46,872 bases of DNA from an uncultured Roseburia sp. (GTDB taxonomy: Bacteria > Bacillota > Clostridia > Lachnospirales > Lachnospiraceae), in NCBI GenBank assembly GCA_947627165.1, contig CANQUZ010000001.1, positions 1-46,872 of the forward strand, read 5' to 3'. The notes beneath the pieces were generated by a model. It was not told the origin of the DNA. It saw nothing but the letters and a program-made list of their open reading frames with translations, and made no database searches. This document shows positions 19,654 through 29,817 of this stretch, piece by piece. A program made the translations under genes and the position numbers. The first letter of the stretch is position 1. The number at the start of each line of letters is the position of its first letter.

Positions 19654-20409
19654 TCAGCCGAAGCGTCCGGTGATATAATCCTCTGTACGCTTATCCTTTG
19701 GCACAGAAAACAATTTCTCCGTCTCCCCGCTCTCAATGACCTCTCCTAATAAGAAAAACACGGTTTTGTCTGATACCCGGACTGCCTGCTGCATATTATG
19801 CGTTACCATTACAATGGTATATTGTTTCTTTAGTTCAATCACTAAATCCTCAATCTTAGAGGTCGAAATCGGGTCTAACGCAGAGGTTGGCTCATCCATA
19901 AGGATGACTTCCGGCTCTACCGCCAAGGCTCTTGCGATGCAGAGGCGCTGCTGCTGCCCGCCGGACATTCCTAAGGCGCTTTTTTTGAGGCGATCCTTTA
20001 CTTCCTCCCAGATAGCCGCGTTCCGCAGGGAGTTCTCTACGATATCATCCAGTTTTGCCTTTGCGTGTATCCCATGGGTTCTTGGACCATAGGCGATATT
20101 GTCGTAAATGCTCATGGGAAATGGATTTGGTTTCTGGAATACCATCCCCACACGTTTCCTTAACAGGTTAATATCCATTCCTTTATAAATGTCTTCTCCG
20201 TCTAAACGAATGTCTCCGGTCACCCGGCAGCCTTCCACCAGGTCATTCATCCGGTTTAAGCTTTTTAAAAAGGTGGATTTTCCACAGCCGCTGGGACCGA
20301 TAAAGGCTGTGATTTCATTTGACCCAATGGACATATTGATATTTTTCAAGGCGTGAAAATCGCCGTAATACAAATTCAAGTCAGATATTTTTAGTTTTTC
20401 AGACATCAT
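19654..20409 (-). CDS. pstB: Phosphate ABC transporter ATPase
   Basis: [33 protein letters not shown]. Confidence 0.97.
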   Translation of the reverse strand: MMSEKLKISDLNLYYGDFHALKNINMSIGSNEITAFIGPSGCGKSTFLKSLNRMNDLVEGCRVTGDIRLDGEDIYKGMDINLLRKRVGMVFQKPNPFPMSIYDNIAYGPRTHGIHAKAKLDDIVENSLRNAAIWEEVKDRLKKSALGMSGGQQQRLCIARALAVEPEVILMDEPTSALDPISTSKIEDLVIELKKQYTIVMVTHNMQQAVRVSDKTVFFLLGEVIESGETEKLFSVPKDKRTEDYITGRFG

Positions 20410-20433
20410 GTTCCCTCGTTCCTCCTGCTTCCC

Positions 20434-21303
20434 CTATTTCCGCGGCGCTTCAAATTTTTTTGCTATCAGGGACGATGCCCCATTGATGATAAGTACGACG
20501 ACCAGAAGCACAACCGCCGTGGCATAGGCTTCATGGGTGTGCATTCCCTCCCTGGACAGAGAGTACATATGAATTGCCAGGGTACGCCCGGAATCGAAGA
20601 AACCTGCTGCGCCCGCCACAGTGCCTGCGGTATAAATCAACGCCGCTGTCTCGCCTACGATACGCCCAATGGCTAAAATAATGCCGGAGAGAATCCCTGG
20701 GACTGCTGAAGGGAGTACGATTCGGAAAATGGTACGGAGTTTCCCTGCTCCTAATCCGAAACTTCCCTCCCGAAAGGAATCCGGCACACACAAAAGGGCT
20801 TCTTCGGTGGTTCTCATGATGACGGGCAGCACCATAATTGCCAACGTCATTGCCCCCGCTAACATGGAGTAGCCCCATTTTAAGGCAGTCACGAAAAACA
20901 ACATACCGAACAGACCGTAAATAATGGAGGGAATGCCAGATAAGGTTTCTGCTGTCACCCGGATAACGCCCACTAATTTATTCCCCTTTTTTGCGTATTC
21001 CACTAAGTAAATGGCTGCGCCCACGCCAAACGGAATCGATATGGCTAATGCCAATACGGTAATAAACAGGGTGTTTATCATGGCGGGAAGCATCGAAACG
21101 TTTTCTGAGGTGTATTCCCAGGCAAACAGGGATGGTTTTAAATAGGGTATCCCGTGGATTAAAATATACCCTACCAGAAATACCAAAACGCTTACCGTAA
21201 AAACCGCCGCAAGCAATACCAAAAGCAATAATAGAAAAGAGCCCGGATGCTTTTGATAGGATTTCATTTTATCCCGAAAGGATTGCCGATTCACTGCTTC
21301 CAT
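20434..21303 (-). CDS. pstA: Phosphate ABC permease
   Basis: AAIYLVEY, LSGIPSIIYGLFG, GRIVGETAAL. Confidence 0.95.
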   Translation of the reverse strand: MEAVNRQSFRDKMKSYQKHPGSFLLLLLVLLAAVFTVSVLVFLVGYILIHGIPYLKPSLFAWEYTSENVSMLPAMINTLFITVLALAISIPFGVGAAIYLVEYAKKGNKLVGVIRVTAETLSGIPSIIYGLFGMLFFVTALKWGYSMLAGAMTLAIMVLPVIMRTTEEALLCVPDSFREGSFGLGAGKLRTIFRIVLPSAVPGILSGIILAIGRIVGETAALIYTAGTVAGAAGFFDSGRTLAIHMYSLSREGMHTHEAYATAVVLLVVVLIINGASSLIAKKFEAPRK

Positions 21304-21304
21304 C

Positions 21305-22159
21305 CTATTTTTCTCCTCCTCGTCTCTTTAAAAGTGAAAATGACAGATTAATCATTAAAATAAATACAAACAATACCACTCCGGTAGCAATCAAGGTCTC
21401 CCGGTGCAAATCTGCCGCATAGCCCATTTCCATCACAATATTCGCGGTCAGGGTACGCACGCCCTGGAAAATGCTGTGAGGAACTCTCGCCTGATTTCCT
21501 GCCACCATGATCACCGCCATTGTCTCTCCAATGGCGCGCCCTACTCCAAGTACTACTGCCGCCATAATTCCGGATTTTGCCGCCGGAACCACAACGGTAA
21601 AAACGCTCCTCTCATGAGTCGCCCCCAATGCCAGCGCCCCCTCATAGTAGCTCTGCTCCACTGCGCGGATTGCCGACTCCGACACTCCGATCACAGTGGG
21701 AAGGATCATAATCCCAAGCAGGACGGAAGCGGTTAAAATGCTGTTTCCATCGCCTTTCATATGTTCCCGGACGAAAGGCACTATGACTACCAATCCAAAA
21801 AATCCGTAGACTATGGAAGGAATGCCCGCCAATAAATCCACAATGGGTTTTAACATACGGTACAGTTTTTTGGGGCAAAAGCGTGACAGAAAAACTGCCA
21901 TTAAGATTCCCACCGGAACCCCGATCACCAATGCTCCCCCTGTGACATAAAGGCTGCCGATTATCATTGGAAAAATACCAAAAATCTGGTTGGTGGGCCT
22001 CCAGGTTTTTCCTGACAAAAATTCCCATAGGCCGATTTTGTGTATTGCCGGATAGCCATTGGCAAATAAAAAGATACAGATTAAGGCAACTGCCACAATG
22101 GAAATCACTGCCGTAAAAAGAAAGACAAGTTCCATTATTTTTTCTTTCACTCTATTCAT
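21305..22159 (-). CDS. pstC: Phosphate ABC permease
   Basis: LAGIPSIVYGFFG, GRAIGETMAV, RTLTANI. Confidence 0.95.
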   Translation of the reverse strand: MNRVKEKIMELVFLFTAVISIVAVALICIFLFANGYPAIHKIGLWEFLSGKTWRPTNQIFGIFPMIIGSLYVTGGALVIGVPVGILMAVFLSRFCPKKLYRMLKPIVDLLAGIPSIVYGFFGLVVIVPFVREHMKGDGNSILTASVLLGIMILPTVIGVSESAIRAVEQSYYEGALALGATHERSVFTVVVPAAKSGIMAAVVLGVGRAIGETMAVIMVAGNQARVPHSIFQGVRTLTANIVMEMGYAADLHRETLIATGVVLFVFILMINLSFSLLKRRGGEK

Positions 22160-22191
22160 ACAAATCTCCTACCACGGCTGCTGTCTGACAT

Positions 22192-23148
22192 TTATTTCAT
22201 AACTTCTTCCCAGGTAGTCACATCACCACAGAAAATGTTTTTTACATCCTCTTTTTTCAACTCTGTGATGGGATTTGCTTTATTGATAATCACTGCGATA
22301 CCATCCAAAGCAATGGTAGTGCCGCTTAAACCGCTTTCTATTTCTGAATCTTTCAGTTCACGGGAAGCCATGCCAATGTCACAGGTACCGTCAATCGCCG
22401 CTGTCATTCCGGTCGTAGAATCACTTTCCTGTATTTCAATCTCCACTGCCCCATTTACTTGCGCATAGGCTTCTTTTAGTTTTTCCATGACCGGCGTTAC
22501 AGAAGAGGAACCTGCCACAACTACTTTTCCTTCTGCGCCGTTTCCTGTAAAGCCTGCCGCATCGCTTACTGTAATATAGTTATTGTCGTTAATGACCTGC
22601 TGCCCATCTGCACTTAAGATAAAGCTGATAAAGTCTTCGGCTGCATCGCTTACTTCCCCTTTGGTCGCAATGTTAAACGGTCTTGAAATCGCATAGGAAC
22701 CATTGTTGATGTTCTCTACCGTAGCTTCCGCTCCATCAATGGAAACTGCTTTTACCGTGTCATTCAGGGAACCTAAACTGACATAACCGATGGCATATTC
22801 ATTTCCGGCAACCGTAGTCATCATGACATCCGTACTGTTGGTAATATTCGCCTCTACTGTGGTATAATCCACTTTGTTTCCAGAACTATCCTTCTGTTCA
22901 ATCTCAAATAATTCCACAAAAGCGCCTCTGGTACCGGAGCCTTCCTCTCTGGAAATTACACTGATAAATTCACTGGCGTCAAACTCTTCTGCAGGATCAT
23001 TCGCCGCTCCCACCTGGCTTCCCTCATTTGCCGTTACATCTGCACTGACATCCGTATCGATTCCATTATTGCCGCTATTGCCGCATCCCGCCAGCATACT
23101 GACCGCCATAATGCCTGTCAACAACATACCTATTAATTTCTTTTTCAT
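22192..23148 (-). CDS. pstS: Phosphate-binding lipoprotein
   Basis: Lipobox LAGC; SREEGSGTR, GSSSV, DIGMASRELK. Confidence 0.93.
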   Translation of the reverse strand: MKKKLIGMLLTGIMAVSMLAGCGNSGNNGIDTDVSADVTANEGSQVGAANDPAEEFDASEFISVISREEGSGTRGAFVELFEIEQKDSSGNKVDYTTVEANITNSTDVMMTTVAGNEYAIGYVSLGSLNDTVKAVSIDGAEATVENINNGSYAISRPFNIATKGEVSDAAEDFISFILSADGQQVINDNNYITVSDAAGFTGNGAEGKVVVAGSSSVTPVMEKLKEAYAQVNGAVEIEIQESDSTTGMTAAIDGTCDIGMASRELKDSEIESGLSGTTIALDGIAVIINKANPITELKKEDVKNIFCGDVTTWEEVMK

Positions 23149-23241
23149 GTTACATATCCTCCCTTTTCTTATCTGGAGAAGCTTACTTCCGTTCCCCTAT
23201 TTTCTGTTACTTTGTTTACAGGAACTACTTTATCCTCCTTA

Positions 23242-23288
23242 TGTAAAATAGAGAGGCACGGTTTTGTAAAATGTAAATAAAATTTAAG
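23242..23288 (-). promoter_or_regulatory. Putative Pho-box array upstream of pstS
   Basis: CTTAAA/TTTACA hexamers at 23288, 23277 (11-bp spacing), 23270 and 23247, resembling the Gram-positive PhoP TT(A/T/C)ACA repeat; TAAAGT -10 at 23227-23232. Confidence 0.55.
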
Positions 23289-23467
23289 AAAAAATTGCAA
23301 AGATTTATGCAGACTGATAGAGATGTTGCTAATAAGCAGAAAGGGGATTACCATCTTAATTCCCCCGGATTCGGAGGAACTAAGATTGTTTTACCATAAT
23401 TTAAGATATGGAGAAAAACGTGGAGACAAAAGCTACTGCTGCCCCCGGACTCTTGGAAAGAACAAGC

Positions 23468-24091
23468 CTACATATTGTCAATCTTTCTGCGCAGTTCCAG
23501 CATCTGGCCATCCACGCCTGCAATTAGGTCCGAGTATGTCTTTATTTCTAACCCCACGTTTTCCATCTTCCCTGCGTCTTTTTTGTAACACATCTGGGTG
23601 TCTAGCTCCGCCCAGTAGTCCATGGCAAAGGAACGTATCTGTATTTCCACCCGGATTTCTTCTGTCTCCTCCAGGTAGGCGACCGGAACCCCCACAATCA
23701 GATGCAGGCTCTGATAACCGCTTTTTTTGGGATGTTTTATATAGTCCTTTTCTTTCAAGACCCGTATGTCCTTCTGTTTCCGGATCATCTCCGCCACCTG
23801 GTAGATATCATCGCTGAAATAGCAGACTACCCGTATCCCGGCAATGTCGTTTAAGGTATCCGCCGCCGCCCGGAAAGTGGCTTCCCTTCCTTTGCGGATT
23901 AATTTTTTCACGATACTGTCCGGCGACTTGATTCTTGCGGACATATTACGAATGACCTGGCGGTTTTTTCGTTCCGTCAGGTCAGCGTTAATCAGGCGTA
24001 ATTTTGCCTGCATGACATCGATAGCGCAGGCATAGCGGAGCCACACCATCGGTGTTTCGATTTGTTCTTTTAACTGTCTTTCTGGGGACAA
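23468..24091 (-). CDS. Small alarmone synthetase ((p)ppGpp synthetase, RelP/RelQ-like)
   Basis: RIKSPDSIVKK, DIAGIRV, SGYQSLH, EIQIRS; no hydrolase domain; TTG start with GGGAG. Confidence 0.88.
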   Translation of the reverse strand: MSPERQLKEQIETPMVWLRYACAIDVMQAKLRLINADLTERKNRQVIRNMSARIKSPDSIVKKLIRKGREATFRAAADTLNDIAGIRVVCYFSDDIYQVAEMIRKQKDIRVLKEKDYIKHPKKSGYQSLHLIVGVPVAYLEETEEIRVEIQIRSFAMDYWAELDTQMCYKKDAGKMENVGLEIKTYSDLIAGVDGQMLELRRKIDNM

Positions 24092-24233
24092 GGATGTAAC
24101 TCCCGAATCGTTCTCCCTCTATTTCTATTCGTTCGTTCTTATTTTTAGACCTCCTGCCGCATAGAAGCTCCCGCTCCGGATTCTGCCGCAGCCCCGAAAG
24201 GAACCTCTTTGCCGAAAACGTCCGCCCTTGCCG

Positions 24234-25373
24234 CTACATCGTCCTGATTCCCGCAAGGAGTGATAACATCGCCAAGAAAACCAGGTTGGCGGCGGTGAAC
24301 CACAGAAGGTATTTCCCTTTTGTGTTATTATACTGGCGCGCATAACTCTTATAAGAAATCAGGCTCGCCATAGACGCAATGAGCGTCCCTAAGCCGCCGA
24401 TATTCACTCCCAGCAGGAGTTCCCGATATGCCTGCGTGAATCCGGATAGAAGCAGCGCCGCCGGAACGTTGCTGATACACTGACTGGCAAGAACCCCCAC
24501 CAGAATTTCCCTTCCTCCCACAAGCTCCTCCAACGCCGCCCGAAATGCCGGCAGACGGCTGACATTTCCGGTAAAAATAAAAAATGCAATAAACGTAAGC
24601 AGCAGACAGTAATCCACTCTTTTCAACACTTCCCGATCCATCACGGCAACTGCGAACAGGACTGCCGCCAATGCCAGATAATACGGTATCAGCCCCGCCA
24701 CCGCAAACAGGCACAGGAAAAATAGCGCCAGATAGACCGCATTCTTTTTAGGTTCCAACGCCCCTGCCTCTCCGCCGAAATCGCAGTTTTTCAAAGAAAT
24801 TTTTTGTTTCCCTGCGCTAAACACCCAAACGGCAATCAGCAGCAACAGGCCGGACGCCACCGTGTAGGGCAGCATATAGAGCAGAAATTCCCCGATGTTC
24901 ATCCCCAGCAGCTGGTACAGATACAGGTTCTGGGGATTCCCAATGGGCGTAAACATACTCCCTAAGTTGGCGGCGATTGTCTGCAGGACGATAACCAGCA
25001 CCATCAGCCGCTCCTGCCCGCATTTCCTCAATGTCAGCATTGCGAAAGGCACAAAGGTAATCAACGCCACATCGTTTGTAATAAGCATACTGGAAAAAAA
25101 GCACAGGAATACCAATGTCCCCGTGAGCTGCGCCGTGTTTTTCGTCCGGTTGAGAAGCCGCCTTCCAACCTCATCAAATATGCCGTTTTTCTGAACCCCC
25201 GCCATCACCGTCATCAATGCCAGCAAAATGCCCAGGACCTGCCAGTCTATGTAATCCAGATACTGCGCGTCCGGCGCAACAAAAAAGGCGGATAGGAAAG
25301 CCAGAGCCGCCGCCGCTGTCAATACCGTTTCTTTTTTTATAAAAACGAGCAATTTCTCTTTCATCCGTGTCAA
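24234..25373 (-). CDS. Ion transporter superfamily permease (CitMHS/ArsB/YbiR-like)
   Basis: ITNDVAL, NLGSMFTPIGNPQNL, ISNVPA, GGLGTLIASMASL; many TM helices. Confidence 0.85.
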   Translation of the reverse strand: MTRMKEKLLVFIKKETVLTAAAALAFLSAFFVAPDAQYLDYIDWQVLGILLALMTVMAGVQKNGIFDEVGRRLLNRTKNTAQLTGTLVFLCFFSSMLITNDVALITFVPFAMLTLRKCGQERLMVLVIVLQTIAANLGSMFTPIGNPQNLYLYQLLGMNIGEFLLYMLPYTVASGLLLLIAVWVFSAGKQKISLKNCDFGGEAGALEPKKNAVYLALFFLCLFAVAGLIPYYLALAAVLFAVAVMDREVLKRVDYCLLLTFIAFFIFTGNVSRLPAFRAALEELVGGREILVGVLASQCISNVPAALLLSGFTQAYRELLLGVNIGGLGTLIASMASLISYKSYARQYNNTKGKYLLWFTAANLVFLAMLSLLAGIRTM

Positions 25374-25398
25374 ATCTCCATCCTGTGTTTGTGTGTTT

Positions 25399-25427
25399 AT
25401 TCTACAAACTTTTTTCTCCCTTGTAAA
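25399..25427 (-). promoter_or_regulatory. Sigma-A promoter for the transporter
   Basis: TTTACA-17 bp-TAGAAT. Confidence 0.55.
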
Positions 25428-25494
25428 CGGAAACAGGAATTTTTTTTGTCAAAACTACCATACTAACGGTAATAACTTGTAAAGGAGAAGGATT

Positions 25495-26631
25495 ATGGAC
25501 GAACCAATAAAACTGCCTGTCACAAATGAATACGGCTATTTTGAGCTACGGTTAGAAAGTATCGGCGGCCTTGGAGCGAATCTCTGCGGAAAAATGTTAG
25601 GGGAATTAGGCGCCCTCTACCTCTCCCTGAACTCCCTTAGTTTTTCCAGTTACGGCTCTGAAAAAAGAGGATCGCCAGTGAAAGCCTATATCCGCTGGTG
25701 TGAAAATACAAAACCCCTTCAGGTCAACAGCCCGGTAACGCACCCGCACCTTTTGGGAATCTTCCATGAAGGGCTGATTTCCTCCTATCCCGTGCTGGAG
25801 GGTATTTCCGGACAGACCAGAACGGTAATCAATACCCCTTTATCAGCAGGAGAAGCGGCGAAAAAATATTCGATTGCTACAGGAACGCTCTATTGCCTGG
25901 ATGCCCTTTCCATCGCCATGGAATGTAAATCCCGAATCAATATGGTAATGCTCGGCGCACTTGCGAAAGCCTCCGGCTTTATTCCCCTCGACATGGCGGA
26001 AGCGCTCTGCCGGGATACGATCGGAAAAAAATATCCAAATCTGATAGAAGCCAACTTAAACGGCGTCCGGCTGGGCTATGAAAGAGCCACTTCGATAGAG
26101 CTTGGCAGCGGAGGGGAAACGGACAGAGCCACTGCCCAGGATACAATGACGGAGGACGCTGCCTTCCGCAATGATTTTGCGAAAGAGCACTATGTCTGGG
26201 GCTACCGCAATGCGCCTGTCGGAGGGATTAATGACCGCATTGGAAGCACCATCTCCAATGACCTCTCTCCTTCCAGGGAAGGATATATTCCATTATTCCT
26301 TCCGGAGAAATGTATTAACTGCGGGCTTTGCGACTCTGCCTGCCCGGATTTTGTCTTTCAGTTTTTACCCGGCATCTACAAGGGAAAAGAATCTATGGTA
26401 AACAGCGGCTTAGACTATAAGCATTGCAAAGGCTGCCTGCGCTGCGTGGACGTCTGCCCTACCGGAGCCTTAGTCACAGGCTTAGAGCGGGATTATCCGG
26501 AAAAACCTTATGAAATGCAAAACCGGGATTTGTTGCCGGAAGATATTTCTTATCAGGAGACGGGTGCCAACTCCTGGATTACCAGTGATTCCTACCTGAC
26601 TGAAAAACGAGTGGACGGAGGTGTTTTATGA
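25495..26631 (+). CDS. 2-oxoacid (pyruvate):ferredoxin oxidoreductase, fused gamma-delta subunit
   Basis: SIGGLGA, YGSEKRGSPV, NMVMLGAL; two CxxCxxCxxxCP 4Fe-4S motifs. Confidence 0.9.
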   Translation: MDEPIKLPVTNEYGYFELRLESIGGLGANLCGKMLGELGALYLSLNSLSFSSYGSEKRGSPVKAYIRWCENTKPLQVNSPVTHPHLLGIFHEGLISSYPVLEGISGQTRTVINTPLSAGEAAKKYSIATGTLYCLDALSIAMECKSRINMVMLGALAKASGFIPLDMAEALCRDTIGKKYPNLIEANLNGVRLGYERATSIELGSGGETDRATAQDTMTEDAAFRNDFAKEHYVWGYRNAPVGGINDRIGSTISNDLSPSREGYIPLFLPEKCINCGLCDSACPDFVFQFLPGIYKGKESMVNSGLDYKHCKGCLRCVDVCPTGALVTGLERDYPEKPYEMQNRDLLPEDISYQETGANSWITSDSYLTEKRVDGGVL

Positions 26632-28994
26632 TGAACGAAAAAAATCAGCCTGCAATCCAGCCTGTGGAGCAGAAAGTCCTGTACGACAGCGGAAACGAGC
26701 TTGCCGCTTACGCCGCGAAGCAGATTAACTACCATGTCATGGGGTACTATCCCATCACCCCCTCCACCCAGATTGCAGAAAATTTAGACGCTATGGGCGC
26801 GGAAGGGCTCCATCAGGTAACATTGATTGCGGCAGAGGGAGAGCACAGCGCAGCGGGAATCTGCTACGGCGCTTCCGCCGGGGGCGGCAGGGTTTTTAAC
26901 GCCACCAGCGCCAACGGCCTTTTATATGCGTTGGAGCAGTTTCCGGTGCAGTCCGGCACGAGAATGCCTATGGTGATGAATGTCGCCTGCCGCACCGTTT
27001 CCGGCCCCCTCTGCATCAAGGGCGACCACAGCGACGTTATGTACCTGCTCAATACCGGATGGATCATCCTCTTTGCAGACTCTCCGCAGACGGTTTATGA
27101 CTTCAACCTCCTTGCCTTGAAGCTGGCGGAAAAAGTCAGCCTTCCTGTGGCGGTTGCATTTGACGGGTTTTTTACCAGCCATCAGAAGCAGAAGTGCTTT
27201 GTCTTTCGCGACGACCGTGCGGTACAGGATTATATCGGCCCGAAGCTGACCTGTGACAATCCAACTGTTTCCGCCTTTGCCAAGGACGATTCCGCTGGGG
27301 AAAACTGCTTTTACAGCGTATTGGACCTTGACCACCCCATTTCCGTCGGTTCCTATATGAACGAGCCGGATGTGATTAACAACCGTTATCAGCTTTCGCT
27401 GGCGATGGAGGAAGCCTACCGGAAACTTCCTTCCATGTTTGAAGAGTTTTTCCTGCTCTCCGGCAGAAAGCATGATTTTGTTTCCGCCTATCAGCACGAA
27501 GACGCCGATATCCTGCTCTTCATCCTCGGCTCTTCCTATCACACCTCTAAGGTGGCAGTGGACAAGCTGCGTGAAAAAGGCGTGAAAGCAGGCGTGGTTA
27601 CGCTCCATGTGCTGCGTCCCTTCCCGGCGGAGGAACTGCGGCATTACTGCCGCAATGCAAAAACGATTATTGCTGCGGACCGCCAGGACAGCTACGGCGC
27701 AGGGGGCGGCAATATGTCGTTAGAATTAAAAGCTGCCCTGCAGGATTTGCCGGATAACGGGCGCAGCATTAAGGTCATTTCCCGTATTTACGGCCTCGGC
27801 GGAAAAGATTTCTTTGTGGAGGATGCCCTTGCCCTCTTTGAGGAAGCGGCTTCCGGCACAGCAAAGGATTTTGACTATTACGGCGTAACTCCCGGCACGG
27901 AAGAGACAGCCTCCCGTGGCGGCTCAAATGATTCCGCATCTCACGCAAAACAGCCGCAGTACTTTGCCCCTCTGACCGAAAAAGACACGCTCCGGGGCGT
28001 CACTTCCTGCGTGTATGATAAGGAACGAAATAAAATGATAGTCAGCGGAGGCGTGCTAAAAGATGCAACTGCCATGCCAAAGCGTCTTGCTCCGGGACAC
28101 GGCGCCTGTCCAGGCTGCGGCATTCCTGTGAACTTAAACCTTTTATTGATGGGCATTGAGGGAAATGTGGTTCTTTTGTTCCAGACAGGCTGCGGTATGG
28201 TAGTTACCACTGCCTACCCGAAAACTGCCTTCCGCGTCCCCTACCTCCACAACCTGTTCCAGAACGGCGCGGCGACGTTAAGCGGACTTGTAGAGGTCTT
28301 TCATGAGAGACAGCGCCGTGGGGAATATCCAGAGGGCGACATTACTTTCATTATGGTCAGCGGCGACGGCGGTTTGGATATCGGCATGGGCTCCGCCATC
28401 GGCACTGCCTTAAGAAACCACCGCTTAATCATCTTTGAATATGACAACGGCGGCTATATGAATACGGGCTATCAGCTGTCTTATTCCACTCCGATGGGAG
28501 CCAAAAGCTCCACCTCCCATTTGGGAAAATCGCAGTATGGAAAAACCTTTTTCCACAAAGATATGCCGGAAATCATGGCGGCGACGCACCTCCCCTATGT
28601 GGCAACCGTAGCAGAGAGCAATCCAGGGGACTTTATCAAAAAAGCGGCAAAAGCCGCCGCCTATGCAAGGGATTTCGGCACCGCTTATGTGAAGGCTCTC
28701 TCCGCCTGCCCCTTAAACTGGGGCGATAATCCGAAAACGGAACGCCAGGTCATCTCTGCCGCGGTAGACTGCTGCTATTTCCCCCTTTATGAGGTGGAGC
28801 GCGGCATCACTACCCTCACTTATGATCCGGAAAAGAACCATAAGAAAATCCCTGTGGCGGATTGGCTTAAGATGATGGGCAGAACAAAGCACCTTGCCAA
28901 AAAAGAGTATCAGTCTATCACCAATGAGATACAGGCGGAAGTGGACCGCCGTTATGCCCGCTTAAAGGCACGGTCCGAACACCCTCTGTTATAG
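26628..28994 (+). CDS. 2-oxoacid (pyruvate):ferredoxin oxidoreductase, fused alpha-beta subunit
   Basis: YPITP, EGEHSA, LRPFP, YGLGG (alpha); ACPGCG, TGC, GDGG...DNGGYMNTGYQ TPP motif (beta). Confidence 0.92.
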   Translation: MMNEKNQPAIQPVEQKVLYDSGNELAAYAAKQINYHVMGYYPITPSTQIAENLDAMGAEGLHQVTLIAAEGEHSAAGICYGASAGGGRVFNATSANGLLYALEQFPVQSGTRMPMVMNVACRTVSGPLCIKGDHSDVMYLLNTGWIILFADSPQTVYDFNLLALKLAEKVSLPVAVAFDGFFTSHQKQKCFVFRDDRAVQDYIGPKLTCDNPTVSAFAKDDSAGENCFYSVLDLDHPISVGSYMNEPDVINNRYQLSLAMEEAYRKLPSMFEEFFLLSGRKHDFVSAYQHEDADILLFILGSSYHTSKVAVDKLREKGVKAGVVTLHVLRPFPAEELRHYCRNAKTIIAADRQDSYGAGGGNMSLELKAALQDLPDNGRSIKVISRIYGLGGKDFFVEDALALFEEAASGTAKDFDYYGVTPGTEETASRGGSNDSASHAKQPQYFAPLTEKDTLRGVTSCVYDKERNKMIVSGGVLKDATAMPKRLAPGHGACPGCGIPVNLNLLLMGIEGNVVLLFQTGCGMVVTTAYPKTAFRVPYLHNLFQNGAATLSGLVEVFHERQRRGEYPEGDITFIMVSGDGGLDIGMGSAIGTALRNHRLIIFEYDNGGYMNTGYQLSYSTPMGAKSSTSHLGKSQYGKTFFHKDMPEIMAATHLPYVATVAESNPGDFIKKAAKAAAYARDFGTAYVKALSACPLNWGDNPKTERQVISAAVDCCYFPLYEVERGITTLTYDPEKNHKKIPVADWLKMMGRTKHLAKKEYQSITNEIQAEVDRRYARLKARSEHPLL

Positions 28995-29039
28995 CGATTG
29001 TTTATGCACAATATTTTTATTTGAGAAAGGAAACATTTT

Positions 29040-29657
29040 ATGTCTGTTGATTTTAAAACCAGTGTCACCCGTGAAAACTTAATGCGCGCTTTCGCCGGAG
29101 AAAGCCAGGCGAGAAACCGTTATACTTTTGCCGCAAGCCAGGCAAAAAAACAGAATCTCTATGTGATTCATTCCGTCTTTTCTTTTACCGCAGGACAGGA
29201 AAAGGAGCACGCGGAGGTATTTTACAACCATTTGAGCGAACTAAGCGGCTCTAACATCCAGATTGACGGTTCCTACCCGGTAAACATCGAGCAGGATATC
29301 GCAAAGCTGCTGCGTGCCGCCCAGCACAACGAATATGAGGAACACGACGACGTTTACCTTCATTTTGCAGAAAAAGCCAGGGAAGAGGGATTTCCGAGGG
29401 TTGCCGCTTCCTTCCAGCAGATTGCTGCGATTGAAAAGGTCCACGGCGACCGTTTCGGAATGTTTGCGGAGCTGCTTGAGCAGGGAAAACTGTTTGTCTC
29501 TGATGTGGAGACTGCATGGATGTGCTTAGACTGCGGCAATATCTACCGTGGAAAGGCCGTGCCGGAAGAATGCCCGGTATGCCACAGCAACCGCGGCTAC
29601 TTCGTGCGGTTAGAGTTAGCGCCCTTTACCGGAAGCCTGTCCGGCTCCGCCTTATAG
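29040..29657 (+). CDS. rbr: Rubrerythrin
   Basis: AFAGESQARNRY, EKEHA, EKVH diiron motifs; C-terminal CLDCG...CPVC rubredoxin domain. Confidence 0.93.
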   Translation: MSVDFKTSVTRENLMRAFAGESQARNRYTFAASQAKKQNLYVIHSVFSFTAGQEKEHAEVFYNHLSELSGSNIQIDGSYPVNIEQDIAKLLRAAQHNEYEEHDDVYLHFAEKAREEGFPRVAASFQQIAAIEKVHGDRFGMFAELLEQGKLFVSDVETAWMCLDCGNIYRGKAVPEECPVCHSNRGYFVRLELAPFTGSLSGSAL

Positions 29658-29706
29658 GGCAGCGGAAACCGCCTTTTGAACTATTTTCTCAGCTTCAAGT
29701 TGAACA

Positions 29707-29813
29707 ATCGAGTAGGAGGCGGTGATTAGCCGCCGTCCTCTCACACCACCGTGCGTACCGTTCGGTACACGGCGGTTTCAATAGCCGTTAGAAACGTGCG
29801 CCGCTAGGCGCAC
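29707..29813 (-). mobile_element. Internally deleted group IIC intron (5' end joined to domains V-VI, no RT ORF)
   Basis: Minus strand begins GTGCG; DV ACCGCCGTGTACC-GAAC-GGTACGCACGGTGGT with CGC triad; DVI ending CTACTCGAT; sits 6 nt after a terminator stem. Confidence 0.88.
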
Positions 29814-29817
29814 GGAG

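Noticed and set aside
25495-28994. Oxalate oxidoreductase assignment
   Set aside because: The alpha motif is YPITP (PFOR type), not the YPIRP of oxalate oxidoreductase.
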